From assembly GCA_964013405.1 (NCBI GenBank), contig CAXGWI010000005.1, positions 1 through 64,000 on the forward strand: a stretch of DNA of 64,000 nucleotides, given 5' to 3'. Under the pieces are notes generated by a model. It was given only the letters and a program-made list of their open reading frames with translations, was not told the DNA's origin and did no database searches. The position numbers and the translations under genes are program-made. The DNA is from an uncultured Myxococcales bacterium (GTDB lineage: Bacteria; Myxococcota; UBA4151). Shown one piece after another: positions 35,347 through 47,413 of the stretch; the stretch's first letter is position 1; every line of letters starts with the position of its first letter.

Positions 35347-35464
35347 AGTACCCCCTTCACTTCTGTTAAGTGTGGGAGTGGAACCGCCGGGTCAAGACCT
35401 TGGGAGCGGGCTCCCCCGGCAGTGTACATTTGTGCCCGGGCCCGGTGAGGTCTAGTCTGTTGCC

Positions 35465-36835
35465 ATGATTCGTGTCGTCTGTTTCGGGCTTGCCATGGTC
35501 TTCGTGATGGCTTGCGAAGACCCCGAGCCGCTCCCCCCCACGCCGGAGGAGTTGGCCCGCCTCATGGATCCCCAGACCTGTGGGGAGTGTCATCCGGCTC
35601 ACCTCAGCGAATGGGCTGGCTCGATGCACGCCTACGCCAGCGAGGACCCGGTATTTTTGGCCATGAACGCCAAGGGGCAGCGGGAAACCGGCGGGCAGCT
35701 CGGTTCTTTCTGTGTTCAATGCCATGCGCCTGTAGCCGTTCGCACGGGGGCCACGACGGATGGATTGAACCTGGCCGAGCTCCCGGCCGCTATGAAAGGG
35801 GTCACCTGTTACGCCTGTCATGCCGTGTCTGCGGTGGAAGGAAGTCACAACAACCCACTGGTCTTTAGTGACGATGGTGTGATGCGAGGGGGCTTTGCCG
35901 ACGCGGCTGAGAATCCGGTGCACGCCTCGAGCTACAGCAACCTCCACGACCGAGATCACCTCGCCAGTGCCGATCTCTGTGGCAGTTGCCATGATATCGT
36001 GAACCCTCTGGGTGTTCACCTCGAACAGACCTACAAAGAGTGGAAAGACAGCCTGTTCAGCGATCCGACCAACCCGGACCGCTCCACTTGTAATCGCTGC
36101 CATATGCCCGGTCGCACCGATGTGATCGCGGACTACGAGGGGGTGTCTTTGCGTCGCCACCATGATCACCGCATGCCTGGTGTGGATGTGGCCCTGACCC
36201 CGTTCCCAGATCGGGAAGGCCAGCGGGCCGCAGTCCAGTTGAGCTTAGACACCACGCTGTCAGCCAGACTTTGTGTGGGTTGGGATGGGGAAAACACCCG
36301 TTTGTTGGTGCAGATGGAGAACATGGGCGCCGGGCACGCATGGCCCAGCGGTGCGGTTCAGGATCGGCGGGCATGGATCGAGATCATTGGTCACGAGGGG
36401 GATACCCTGCGTTTCTCCACAGGTCAGGTCGCCGATGGTGAGCCGATGACGAATCTCAAGGCTGAGGACCCCCAGATGATCACCTTTGGCGCCACGGGAT
36501 ACGATGCTGAGGGCAATGTGACCCATGACTTCTGGGATATGGTGCGCACCGAGTCCGATTTGATGCCTTCGCCTATCCCCCACCTTCGCGGGATCGATAC
36601 GGGGGAAAACCACCGCAACTACAACCTGTCCTTTCCGGGCGCCGTCGATCGGGTGGAGATGCGGGTGCGGTTGCGACCCATGGGCCTGGAGATCCTCCAG
36701 GAACTCATCGATCATGAGGGCTTAGATCCGGCTGTGAAGGCGGCCATGCCGACTTTTGATTTGGGCTCAACGCGCCTGGTCTGGACCCCTGAAGCGGCCG
36801 ACCAGAGCGGCTGCGTGCCAGCCCTTTCCCGCTAA
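35465..36835 (+). CDS. Multiheme (5 CxxCH) c-type cytochrome lipoprotein
   Basis: Lipobox VMAC, CGECH, CVQCH, CYACH, CGSCH, CNRCH, W.GSMHA. Confidence 0.9.
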   Translation: MIRVVCFGLAMVFVMACEDPEPLPPTPEELARLMDPQTCGECHPAHLSEWAGSMHAYASEDPVFLAMNAKGQRETGGQLGSFCVQCHAPVAVRTGATTDGLNLAELPAAMKGVTCYACHAVSAVEGSHNNPLVFSDDGVMRGGFADAAENPVHASSYSNLHDRDHLASADLCGSCHDIVNPLGVHLEQTYKEWKDSLFSDPTNPDRSTCNRCHMPGRTDVIADYEGVSLRRHHDHRMPGVDVALTPFPDREGQRAAVQLSLDTTLSARLCVGWDGENTRLLVQMENMGAGHAWPSGAVQDRRAWIEIIGHEGDTLRFSTGQVADGEPMTNLKAEDPQMITFGATGYDAEGNVTHDFWDMVRTESDLMPSPIPHLRGIDTGENHRNYNLSFPGAVDRVEMRVRLRPMGLEILQELIDHEGLDPAVKAAMPTFDLGSTRLVWTPEAADQSGCVPALSR

Positions 36836-36882
36836 AGTCTCGAAGCCCTTTTCCTTCGGCTCATTCAGCGCGAACAGCCCCC

Positions 36883-38828
<1,946 letters not shown>

Positions 38829-38832
<4 letters not shown>

Positions 38833-39752
38833 ACCCGCTCGGCAAACCAGGCCACGGTTTGCTGAAGGCCTGTTTGGAGGTCCATGCGGGGTGTCCAGCC
38901 TAAGCGCTCGGTCGCCAACTGATGACTGATCACGCTGCGACGCTGTTCCCCCGGCTTGCCCGGCGCGTAGGCGGGCTCGCCGTCATACTTGGCCGCATCG
39001 CCGATCACGCGGGCAAGTTCATTCACATCGGTTTCAATGCCCGTCCCGATATTCATCGATCCGGAGGCCTCGGGATGGTCGAGTAAACTCAGATAGCCGG
39101 CCACCACGTCGCCCACATAGACATAGTCTCTTGTTTGTCCCCCATCACCGAAGATGGTGGGCTGCTCGCCAGCGAGCATCTTTTGGCTAAAGATCGCGAC
39201 CACGCCAGCCTCCCCATGGGGATCTTGGCGAGGACCATAAACATTCGCCAAGCGAAGGGCAGCGGTTCGCATGCCGCTGGTTCGCCCGAAGTAGTCTAGG
39301 TACTGTTCGCCGGCGAGCTTGGACAGCCCGTAGGGGCTTTCACTGCGACAGGGGTGGGACTCGGAGGCAGGATACTCGGACTGCTCGCCGTAAATGGCCC
39401 CCCCGGTACTCGCCATGGCAAAGAGTTGGCAGCCGCTCTCGGCGGCAGCCCGTGCAAGGGCAATGGTCCCCAGGACATTGACTTGGGCATCGAAAATTGG
39501 ATCGGCGACACTATGGCGCACGTCCATCTGGGCGGCGAAGTGAAAGACCGCATCGGGGGCAAAGTCCCGCAGGGCGTCGATCGCTTCCGGTTGGGTGATA
39601 TCCAGTTGAAGAAATCGAGCTTGCTCCGGCAGGTTTGCCCTGCTGCCACGACTCAAGTCGTCGATGATGAGGACCTCATGCCCTCGGGCACAAGCGCCGT
39701 CTGCAAGGTGTGAGCCGATAAAACCGGCGCCGCCGGTAACGAGGGTGCGCAT
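38829..39752 (-). CDS. NAD-dependent epimerase/dehydratase (UDP-glucose 4-epimerase-like)
   Basis: TGGAGFIGSH, STGGAIYG, YGLSK, NVYGPRQ, GEAGVV. Confidence 0.94.
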
Positions 39753-39776
39753 TTGAGATCTCCTCAAGCCAATGGT

Positions 39777-40883
39777 CTAGTCGAGGGCCGCGACGAGGGC
39801 ATCTGTGACCCGTTGTTGCCAAGCAGCGACCGAGTAGATTTCCTGGGCTTGCTTGCGCGCTTTCCTGCGAATTCTTTGTAGTTTGGATCGATTCCGATCC
39901 CAGTCCTTGAGTGTGGCGACCAGTGCATCCACGTCCCGCCGTTCCACCACGCTGTCTTTGGCAACCGAGCCGAGGACGCCGCGGGCGCAACCCACATCGA
40001 AGCTGGCCACCGCTTTGCCTCGGGCCATGGCCTCCAGCCAAACCAGCGGCAGGCCTTCTTGGATATGGGAAGGGAAGATGAGCACCTGGCTATCCTCCAG
40101 GGGCTCCCATGCGGTTTCAGGGGGGCGCCGGCCGTGGAAATGAACCCGGTCCTTTAGTCCGAGGCTCTCGATCTTCCTGTGGATTTCCTGTGCATAGGTT
40201 TCCGATGAAAAGTTGCCGACCACATCCAAATGAACGCCGGGCAGTTGGGCCATGGCATCGACGGCATAGGTAAACCCTTTGATATGATGAATGTTGCCGA
40301 TGTAGCACAGGCGAAACGGCCCCGTGTGTTTGAGGGGCTGCGGCGCGGGGATCGGCACCCCGTTAAAAACGGCCCTCCAGGGCACATGGGCTTCGATGAG
40401 CCCGCCAAAAGGGTGAAAGGACTCGTGTAAGAGGATGTTCATCCGCGCGTTGTTGAGCATGCGCCGATGGAGTTTGCGGATCACTGGGTGATCGGGCTGC
40501 CCCTCGTAGTTGTGGCCGATGCGTTCGTTGTGAATGTGGAGGCAATAGGGGACTCCACGTGCCTGGCACACTTGCATCAGTAAGGCATCGCGCAACACGG
40601 CCAGGCCAAAGAGACCGGGGGTATAATAGACCAGATCGACCCCCTTTAAGCGGCGCGCTAAGCGGGGGAACAACTGGACTGCTCTTTTGGCTTTGTTCAA
40701 AGCGAGCTTTCCGGTCGTTTCGATCTCCTTCATCGACTCAATGCTTTGAATTGGCAGGATATCGACATCAAAGGCCTCGTGTAGCGGGCCGCCGTCGAGC
40801 AGGCGCTGATTCGAGACGCTGACACCGTGCGCTGGGGGCGGCAGGTGGCCGACAAACAGGAGCTTGGGTCGGGCTTTTGTCAT
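39777..40883 (-). CDS. Glycosyltransferase family 4
   Basis: LPPPAHG, NGV, KG, FPS..EGLPLVWLEAMA.G. Confidence 0.92.
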   Translation of the reverse strand: MTKARPKLLFVGHLPPPAHGVSVSNQRLLDGGPLHEAFDVDILPIQSIESMKEIETTGKLALNKAKRAVQLFPRLARRLKGVDLVYYTPGLFGLAVLRDALLMQVCQARGVPYCLHIHNERIGHNYEGQPDHPVIRKLHRRMLNNARMNILLHESFHPFGGLIEAHVPWRAVFNGVPIPAPQPLKHTGPFRLCYIGNIHHIKGFTYAVDAMAQLPGVHLDVVGNFSSETYAQEIHRKIESLGLKDRVHFHGRRPPETAWEPLEDSQVLIFPSHIQEGLPLVWLEAMARGKAVASFDVGCARGVLGSVAKDSVVERRDVDALVATLKDWDRNRSKLQRIRRKARKQAQEIYSVAAWQQRVTDALVAALD

Positions 40884-41096
40884 GGGGTAGCTAGGCCTTT
40901 AGCGGTGAGATTGAGTCAAGGAGGTGAGAAGCACCAGATCCCGTTCAGAGCCTCTTCGCGGGGCAGGTACTTGACTCTCGGGGTCGGATCAAGGCTTGCG
41001 TGCCCTGTCTTTGGCCAAGGATTTGAAGCTTGTGTGCGAAAGCGGAGCCTAGGCGAATGGGCTGAGTCTTGGTTCACCGGGGCCGTCGCGCATCGC

Positions 41097-43460
41097 TTAC
41101 GGCGCTGTTAGGCGAGCATCAAAACGCCAATCAGCATCATAAAATCCCGTCGCGACCAAGCCTCGGTCGCTCCAGGCGAGAAAGTCGGGGAAGCCGCTGC
41201 GACTGGAGTAGGGCAGGATCTCAAAGAGCAGGTCTTCTTTGCCGGTCGGCGCAGCGAGCACCGCCGAGAGCCGGCCGTCTTCCTCAAAGAGGGAGAAAAA
41301 GGCGCCGTCCCGTTGGCGCTGATCTCGATAGTAGATGCCCTCGTCATCCCAACGAAAAGGGAAGTCATCGGGGAGGTTGAGTTGGTCCTGGGGGACCGCC
41401 ACGTAGATCGTGTTCCTGCCTGCATCGATGGCCTCTTGGCGCCGACTCATGGGCAGGGTGCATGCTTGTCCGTTGCCGATCACATTCCATTGACCCGCAT
41501 GGTGGGCGGCCACAGCCGCGGCAGGCCCTCGGTCGTCATCACTGACGATGAAGCAGAAGGGGCGGCGATAGACTTCGTTGTAGGGGCCATGGACCCCAGG
41601 GCGCTTGCCGGTTTGGGGGCCATATTCGATGTCGCCCGTGGTCACTGGGATGACTTCACCGTCCACCTCAATCTCGGCGATACCCTTCGCCGTGAGGCCA
41701 TCACCATCGAGGATCATGCTGCGGACGTTGACCGTCTCGAGGATGACCCGGTCAGCCTCCTGTCGGCTACGTAGTTCCAGGTCTGCCTCGGGGCTTAGCG
41801 CTGAGCGCAAGCGAACGTAGGCGTGATGTTCGGCGTAAGCAGCGTTCGGGCTGATGAAATCGAAGTCGAGTTCGAAGGGATCCAGGCTGCGGGCCTCCAT
41901 GAAGTCGAAGAGGGGCTGCCAGTCGACGCAGTCGACGCCTTCGGAGACATCGCCGTTCCACCAATGCCCTTTGCCGGGCTCCTCATGGTAGGCAACATCA
42001 TCCGTATGCTGGCGAGCCGCCTCCACGAGGTTGCGACCCTCTCGGACGGGCACATTGTCATCGGCGTCCGCATGGATCACGTAGACGCCACGCCGGGCGA
42101 TGTTGGAGAGGTAATTCAGGGTGTCGGAGTGGGCCCGGGAGCGAGCAAAAAGCCCGCTGGGCCGCTGGGAGCCACCATAGGAATAAAAGCTCTCCCAGCC
42201 GGCGCTGGGGCCCAGCGTCGCAAAGCGGCCCGGCATCATGACGCCATTGTGCCAGGTGCCGTGTCCGCCCATGGAGTGACCGGTGACATAAACACGAGTG
42301 TCATCGATGTTGAAGCGGTCCATGGCGTTGTCGAGCGAGTGAAGGGCGTTGAAATGACCCCACTCCTCCCAGTCGAAGCCGAAGGGACGGCGGTTGGTCG
42401 CGGCGACGACATAGTTCCAATCCCGCTGAGAGTAACTGCGGGCCTGACCGATAGCTTCGACACTGGCCCCATGAAGGCTCAGAACCAGCGCATAGTCCCG
42501 CTCGGCGTCGAAGTTTTTAGGCGGTTGAACCCCGTAGTACTGCACCGAGCCATCTTGAGGGCTGATGAAGCTACGGCGATAATGTTTGGTGCTCTCAATG
42601 ACGGTGTAATCTTGTGTGTGCTGGTAGCGGTAGATGAGCCCATCTGCTTCCACCTCAATGGTGATGGGGATGACCGACTCTGGCCCGGTCCACGGCGCCT
42701 TCGGCCGGATCTCAAAGGCCAGTTGCGTGAGGGTGTAGGAGCCCATGCCGGGAAACACCGTCGTGGTGGCTTCGACGTGGTCACTTTCAAGAACTCGGCA
42801 GCGAACATTCCCAAGCAACTGGGGCGTGATGTTGAGGACCGGCATGCCCAGATAGAGGGGGCTGCCATCCCCTTCCCGCAGGTCGCTGAAGGTGCGGTCT
42901 CGAGGATTGAAGATCAGTTCGTGGCCCGTGATAAAAAGTTGAATCTTGGCGTTGCCCCGGCCGCCCGTGAGTTGAGCGGCGATCAGGTGTTCGCCCGGTT
43001 CGTCAGCCAGGGGGATTCGGTGTTTGCCGCTGCCGTAAATATCCGCCGGTTGGGCCCGGCCGTTCACGTAGACCGTGTAGCCCCGATCCACCCGAGCAAA
43101 CAGGCGTTCTCCTTCGCTTAGGTCGATTTTTGCGACCGCCCAATAGAGAGTCCGTTGGGAGGTGGGTAAATCCCCCTCTTCCGTCGCCCGAATCCGCTCC
43201 CAGTCGACGGCGTAGCGGCGATCGGAGCCAACCTCGGGGTACTCCAGGCGGTTCCAGCGCACATCCCGCTCTAAGGCCTGATTATCCGTGTTGCCGATAC
43301 GTCCCAGCATCCACTCATCGGGCAGGACCTGAATCACCTCTTCTTCGGGAGCCAGCTCAGGCCCCTTTGGCACGACGGGGCCGGCATCTTGCGCTGGTGT
43401 GGGCTCCTCGGCTGGACAGGCAGTGAGGAGGAGAAAGCAAAGGGGGATCAGGCGTAGCAT
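41097..43460 (-). CDS. Alpha/beta-hydrolase (esterase / S9 peptidase-like) lipoprotein
   Basis: Lipobox LTAC, LHGA, TGHSMGGHG, H...DDNVP, GHWW. Confidence 0.85.
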   Translation of the reverse strand: MLRLIPLCFLLLTACPAEEPTPAQDAGPVVPKGPELAPEEEVIQVLPDEWMLGRIGNTDNQALERDVRWNRLEYPEVGSDRRYAVDWERIRATEEGDLPTSQRTLYWAVAKIDLSEGERLFARVDRGYTVYVNGRAQPADIYGSGKHRIPLADEPGEHLIAAQLTGGRGNAKIQLFITGHELIFNPRDRTFSDLREGDGSPLYLGMPVLNITPQLLGNVRCRVLESDHVEATTTVFPGMGSYTLTQLAFEIRPKAPWTGPESVIPITIEVEADGLIYRYQHTQDYTVIESTKHYRRSFISPQDGSVQYYGVQPPKNFDAERDYALVLSLHGASVEAIGQARSYSQRDWNYVVAATNRRPFGFDWEEWGHFNALHSLDNAMDRFNIDDTRVYVTGHSMGGHGTWHNGVMMPGRFATLGPSAGWESFYSYGGSQRPSGLFARSRAHSDTLNYLSNIARRGVYVIHADADDNVPVREGRNLVEAARQHTDDVAYHEEPGKGHWWNGDVSEGVDCVDWQPLFDFMEARSLDPFELDFDFISPNAAYAEHHAYVRLRSALSPEADLELRSRQEADRVILETVNVRSMILDGDGLTAKGIAEIEVDGEVIPVTTGDIEYGPQTGKRPGVHGPYNEVYRRPFCFIVSDDDRGPAAAVAAHHAGQWNVIGNGQACTLPMSRRQEAIDAGRNTIYVAVPQDQLNLPDDFPFRWDDEGIYYRDQRQRDGAFFSLFEEDGRLSAVLAAPTGKEDLLFEILPYSSRSGFPDFLAWSDRGLVATGFYDADWRFDARLTAP

Positions 43461-43570
43461 AGGGGACTCCCGGGGAGGGGAAGGTAGCCCCAAGCCGGGG
43501 GCTTTTCCACATCTCCTTGACCCCCGCGTCCCCGCGGGGCAGGCGCAGACCAAAGGGAGTGAGGAAGCCC

Positions 43571-43807
43571 ATGGGTCTTGTCGGTATTCGTTTGGACGCC
43601 TTGAAAGCCCTGCTCGCTGCCGTTCACAATGAACAGTTGCCCTGCCCGCTCAGCCCCGATGCGCTTGCTTGTCAGGGCTTTCAGGACCTCAGCGAACAGA
43701 TTCTTGCCAGTCTACGAGGCCTCGAAGAAGAGGCCGTTCGAGCGGTTCTTGTGGCGGTGATTGCCGAGCGTCTCTCCGTACTCGATCAGACCATCGGGTC
43801 CGCGTGA
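43571..43807 (+). CDS. Small hypothetical protein (78 aa)
   Basis: ATG with GAGG RBS, GTGA overlap with the sirtuin gene. Confidence 0.7.
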   Translation: MGLVGIRLDALKALLAAVHNEQLPCPLSPDALACQGFQDLSEQILASLRGLEEEAVRAVLVAVIAERLSVLDQTIGSA

Positions 43808-44553
43808 GCCCAGCGGAGCACGTGGCTGCCTGGCTGCGTCAGGCGAATCGAGTTCTCTTCATCACCGGCGCAGGTTTGTCTGCCGAGAGTGGCTTGCCCA
43901 CTTATCGGGGGGTGGGTGGTCTCTATGAGGACGCAGAGACCCCTGAGGGCCTGAGCATTGAGCAGGCGCTTTCTGGGGGCATGCTGCGCCGTGACCCGGC
44001 GCTGTGTTGGAAATACATCGCGCAGATCGAGAATGCCTGCCGTGGTGCGATGCCCAATCGGGCGCACGAGTTGATCGCCGCCTTTCAGGAACGGGTCGAG
44101 ACCTGGGTCCTCACCCAGAATGTCGACGGGTTTCATGGTCAGGCTGGCAGCGATCACGTGATTCCCATTCATGGCGATATCCATGAACTCTACTGCCCAT
44201 CATGTGGTTGGGAGGATTGGGTTCATGACTATGCAGAGCTCCCCATGCCGCCCCATTGCCCTCGCTGCCGAGCCATCATTCGGCCACGGGTGGTGCTTTT
44301 TGGGGAGATGCTGCCGCCGGCCGCCGTTGGATGCCTTAATCAGCAACTTCAACAGGGCTTTGATCTCGTCTTTAGCGTGGGCACGACCAGCGGCTTTTCT
44401 TATATCGCCCAGCCCGTGCTGATGGCCGCAGCACAGGGGGTGCCGACGGTGGAGATCAACCCAGGAGAGACGCCGGTGTCACCCCATGTCAGGCAGCGCT
44501 TTTCCTGCGGTGCTGTGGAGGCCTTGGAGGCGATTTGGGCGGCCTGGCGGTGA
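43804..44553 (+). CDS. cobB: NAD-dependent protein deacylase (sirtuin)
   Basis: TGAGLSAESG, TQNVDG, HG, CxxC...CxxC, RP.VVLFGE, VGT, EINP. Confidence 0.93.
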   Translation: MSPAEHVAAWLRQANRVLFITGAGLSAESGLPTYRGVGGLYEDAETPEGLSIEQALSGGMLRRDPALCWKYIAQIENACRGAMPNRAHELIAAFQERVETWVLTQNVDGFHGQAGSDHVIPIHGDIHELYCPSCGWEDWVHDYAELPMPPHCPRCRAIIRPRVVLFGEMLPPAAVGCLNQQLQQGFDLVFSVGTTSGFSYIAQPVLMAAAQGVPTVEINPGETPVSPHVRQRFSCGAVEALEAIWAAWR

Positions 44554-44610
44554 TCCTTCTCAAGCCGCGCTAGGCTGACTCCTCACCAAGCTCCGACCCG
44601 ACCCAACCCT

Positions 44611-46578
44611 TTAGGGACAGACGCCCATCCCGGGCGGCATGGGCATGCACCCACCCGCCATGCAGCAGGGGGTCTCTTCGGGGCATGGAGGGAGGCCATC
44701 GCCGCATTGCTCAAGGGGGCCAGGTGTGCAGACACCATCGATGCAAGTTCCGCCATCTTGGCAGGGGTTCTCCTCGGAGCATTCGTTCGGCGGTGCGCAG
44801 GCTCCAGTCATGCAGACGAGGCCGTCGGGACACTCGGGCAAGCCATCGCCGCATTCCTCAAGAGGTCCGGGTGCGCAGATGCCGTCGATGCAGGTTCCGC
44901 CATCTTGGCAGGGGTTTTCATCAGAACATTCGGTCGGCGGTGTGCAGGCTCCAGCCATGCAGATTTCACCCTCCGCGCAATCGTCATCGGCTTCGCAGGG
45001 CACAGGGTCACAGTTGGTCTCGTCGTAAATACAGCCACAAGCCATCATGTCGCAGCGGTCGATGGTACAGGCTCGTCCATCGTCGCAATCCAGATCACTC
45101 TTGCAAGCGGTACGGAGGTCTTGGGGAAAGACGGGGGGATCTACCTCTTCCGGGAATTCCACCCGGCGATTGATGGGGGAGCCACAGGTCACTTTGACCG
45201 TTGAAGATGGGTTCAATTCCGGGCCGACGATGCGTACATTTTGTGGGTTTTCGAGCACATGCGCTCTCGATAACTCGAGTGTCACCTGCCCAAAAGCCCG
45301 GGTTCGAGCGGTGCCGAGACCGTTATTGTCTGCTCGTTCTGTGTAGACGCTGTGCTCGGTTTTGACCTCGGGGGTCCCTAGGTTGTGCAGGGGTTGTCCG
45401 ATGGTGAAGGTTTGAAAGGTTGCGACCGTGTTGTAATGACCCGCAAAGCGGCTATGTGCGACGCCGTCACTCCAGAAGCGGCCACTGTCGAGTTCGCAAG
45501 CAAGGCCAAGGCCAATACTGCAGCCTGGGAGTTCGAGGCCGCCCATGTTGACGCCGAAGGTGAGGTTGCAACTGACGGTGGGGGCTTGGGTACTGCAACT
45601 GATCGCACTGCCGCCGATCGCCGCCTTGCTTTTATCTTCCTGGGAGTAGTTCGTGCCACCAGAGAAGTCAGGGAGTCGAAGGGTGACCTTCGATTGTGCA
45701 TTGGCATTTTGATTGCCTAAGAGGGGCAGGGTGGTGCTGTAAGCACGACTTTGCAAAAGGGAATTCGCATGAGATGTGCCACCGACTTGTACGGAGACCT
45801 GGCCGCAGGCACCGGCTCCATCTTCGGCGAAAGCGCAGCGAAGGGCTGGGCTGACCGACCGGCGACAACTGTTGCCTGCTATGGCCGAAACAGAGCCATT
45901 TCGCGCGACGCCCATGCCACCACATCCCGCTGTCGATCGTTGCTCATTGCTATAGGCGTATCCCGTGCCTGTGCATGCCTCACCGACGCGGGCAAAACCT
46001 GCCGTAGGCCGATCCTCGGTGATGCTTTGCGGCGAGACGACAAAGCTGCAGGAGACGAGGCATTGATGGCATCGACCGACGGTGGCTTCGTTGGCGAGGA
46101 CGGTTAGCGCCTGTGTTCCCAGAAGTTCCCGGTCTCTAAGGTAGGCACCGTAAAGAAAGGCATGGACTCGATTCGTTGGGTCGTAGGCGCGAAAATACAC
46201 GAGGGCCTCGAACCAGCGCAATTGGCGGTCCATTCCCTGCTCCTCGAACTGGTCTGCGTAGGCCTCGATATTTTCATTCACACCCGGCGGCATCACGACC
46301 AGATGTTGATGAACTCGGACCGGGCGGCTCACGCTTTCACCCAGGATGGAAATATCGCCTTGAGCAAGGGAGGCCATCATCGATTCGCTCAAGTCTGTGA
46401 GTCCTTGTCGTTCAAGGTACTCTTTCGCTGAGATGATCTCGCCAGCATCGAGCTGACTCGCCGTCTCATAAAGTGCCCCTTGGCTGCGACGTTCCCAGGC
46501 TGCAGGGGCAGTGGGCTCCTGAGGCAGCTGCTCAATGCAGCCTGTCAGCGTGATGGAAAAGACAATGAGCATCCTCAT
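44611..46578 (-). CDS. Hypothetical Cys-rich lipoprotein with C-terminal tandem repeats
   Basis: Lipobox LTGC, 655 aa, Cys-rich C-terminus. Confidence 0.8.
   Translation of the reverse strand: MRMLIVFSITLTGCIEQLPQEPTAPAAWERRSQGALYETASQLDAGEIISAKEYLERQGLTDLSESMMASLAQGDISILGESVSRPVRVHQHLVVMPPGVNENIEAYADQFEEQGMDRQLRWFEALVYFRAYDPTNRVHAFLYGAYLRDRELLGTQALTVLANEATVGRCHQCLVSCSFVVSPQSITEDRPTAGFARVGEACTGTGYAYSNEQRSTAGCGGMGVARNGSVSAIAGNSCRRSVSPALRCAFAEDGAGACGQVSVQVGGTSHANSLLQSRAYSTTLPLLGNQNANAQSKVTLRLPDFSGGTNYSQEDKSKAAIGGSAISCSTQAPTVSCNLTFGVNMGGLELPGCSIGLGLACELDSGRFWSDGVAHSRFAGHYNTVATFQTFTIGQPLHNLGTPEVKTEHSVYTERADNNGLGTARTRAFGQVTLELSRAHVLENPQNVRIVGPELNPSSTVKVTCGSPINRRVEFPEEVDPPVFPQDLRTACKSDLDCDDGRACTIDRCDMMACGCIYDETNCDPVPCEADDDCAEGEICMAGACTPPTECSDENPCQDGGTCIDGICAPGPLEECGDGLPECPDGLVCMTGACAPPNECSEENPCQDGGTCIDGVCTPGPLEQCGDGLPPCPEETPCCMAGGCMPMPPGMGVCP
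44680..44965. repeat. 147-bp tandem duplication within the lipoprotein gene
   Basis: GCCATCGCCGCATT starts at 44695 and 44842, and GTTCCGCCATCTTGGCAGGGGTT occurs in both copies. Ends are approximate. Confidence 0.88.
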
Positions 46579-47363
46579 GGCAAGGCTCCGCAGTCGCCCA
46601 GATCAACGCAGCTTGAGCCTCTGACACAGGCGACGACCTCGGGCGTCCATTGCCCTCGGCACTGCTCAAGACAGTCGCCGATGTCGGCACCGTCGATCAC
46701 CGCACAGGCATTCATGATGCCACAGGACTGCTCGCAGAGGTCGACGGGATCGAAACAAGGCTCAAGGGCATCACATGAGGCGGCCTCCACGCACGTTCGC
46801 AGGTCGGAATCCCCCTGATCAGCGCAGTCCAAAATGCAGGTCTCACGGGTCACGGCGTCCCCCAAGCAACTCACGAGTTTATCGCAATAGCTTACGCAGG
46901 TCGTTTGCTCGGCCTCAAGGCATGCCGCAGCGTCCTCACAGGAAGCAGCCTCCAGGCAGTCGAGCGCGTTTTCGCTAAGGGCATCGCAGTGAAAGTTTGC
47001 TCCAAAGACACTTTCATCGCCGCAGTTGTCACGACGGTTGCTGAGTGCGTGGCAGCGGTCCGCTTGGTTTTGGCGAAAGCAACTGCCCATTTGGTCGCAG
47101 GTTCTCTCTTTGAGACAGGTCAACTGCTCTGCAGGCACGGACGCGGTGCATTGACTCATACATTGCTCGTACATGGGGCCGGGGTCACCGCTGGTTTCAC
47201 AGTCCGCCATCCGAGCGCAGGCATCACCACAAGGACTGCCGTCGCTGAGAGGGACAGGCTCCACGGGAGGCGGCGGCTCGGCGGGACAGGCACTCCACAC
47301 GATGAGCAGCGCAAAATGACAAGTGAGTCGTCGCAAAATACAGGTCTCCCGTCTTCTACCCAT
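46575..47363 (-). CDS. Cys-rich putative lipoprotein
   Basis: WSAC lipobox-like site, repeated C...C......C / C...C / C.....C units, ATGA coupling to the downstream gene. Confidence 0.75.
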   Translation of the reverse strand: MGRRRETCILRRLTCHFALLIVWSACPAEPPPPVEPVPLSDGSPCGDACARMADCETSGDPGPMYEQCMSQCTASVPAEQLTCLKERTCDQMGSCFRQNQADRCHALSNRRDNCGDESVFGANFHCDALSENALDCLEAASCEDAAACLEAEQTTCVSYCDKLVSCLGDAVTRETCILDCADQGDSDLRTCVEAASCDALEPCFDPVDLCEQSCGIMNACAVIDGADIGDCLEQCRGQWTPEVVACVRGSSCVDLGDCGALP

Positions 47364-47413
47364 ACCAGGCAGCTTCCAAAGTGACCAGATAAGGGTGAAT
47401 TGCCCCCGAAGGA

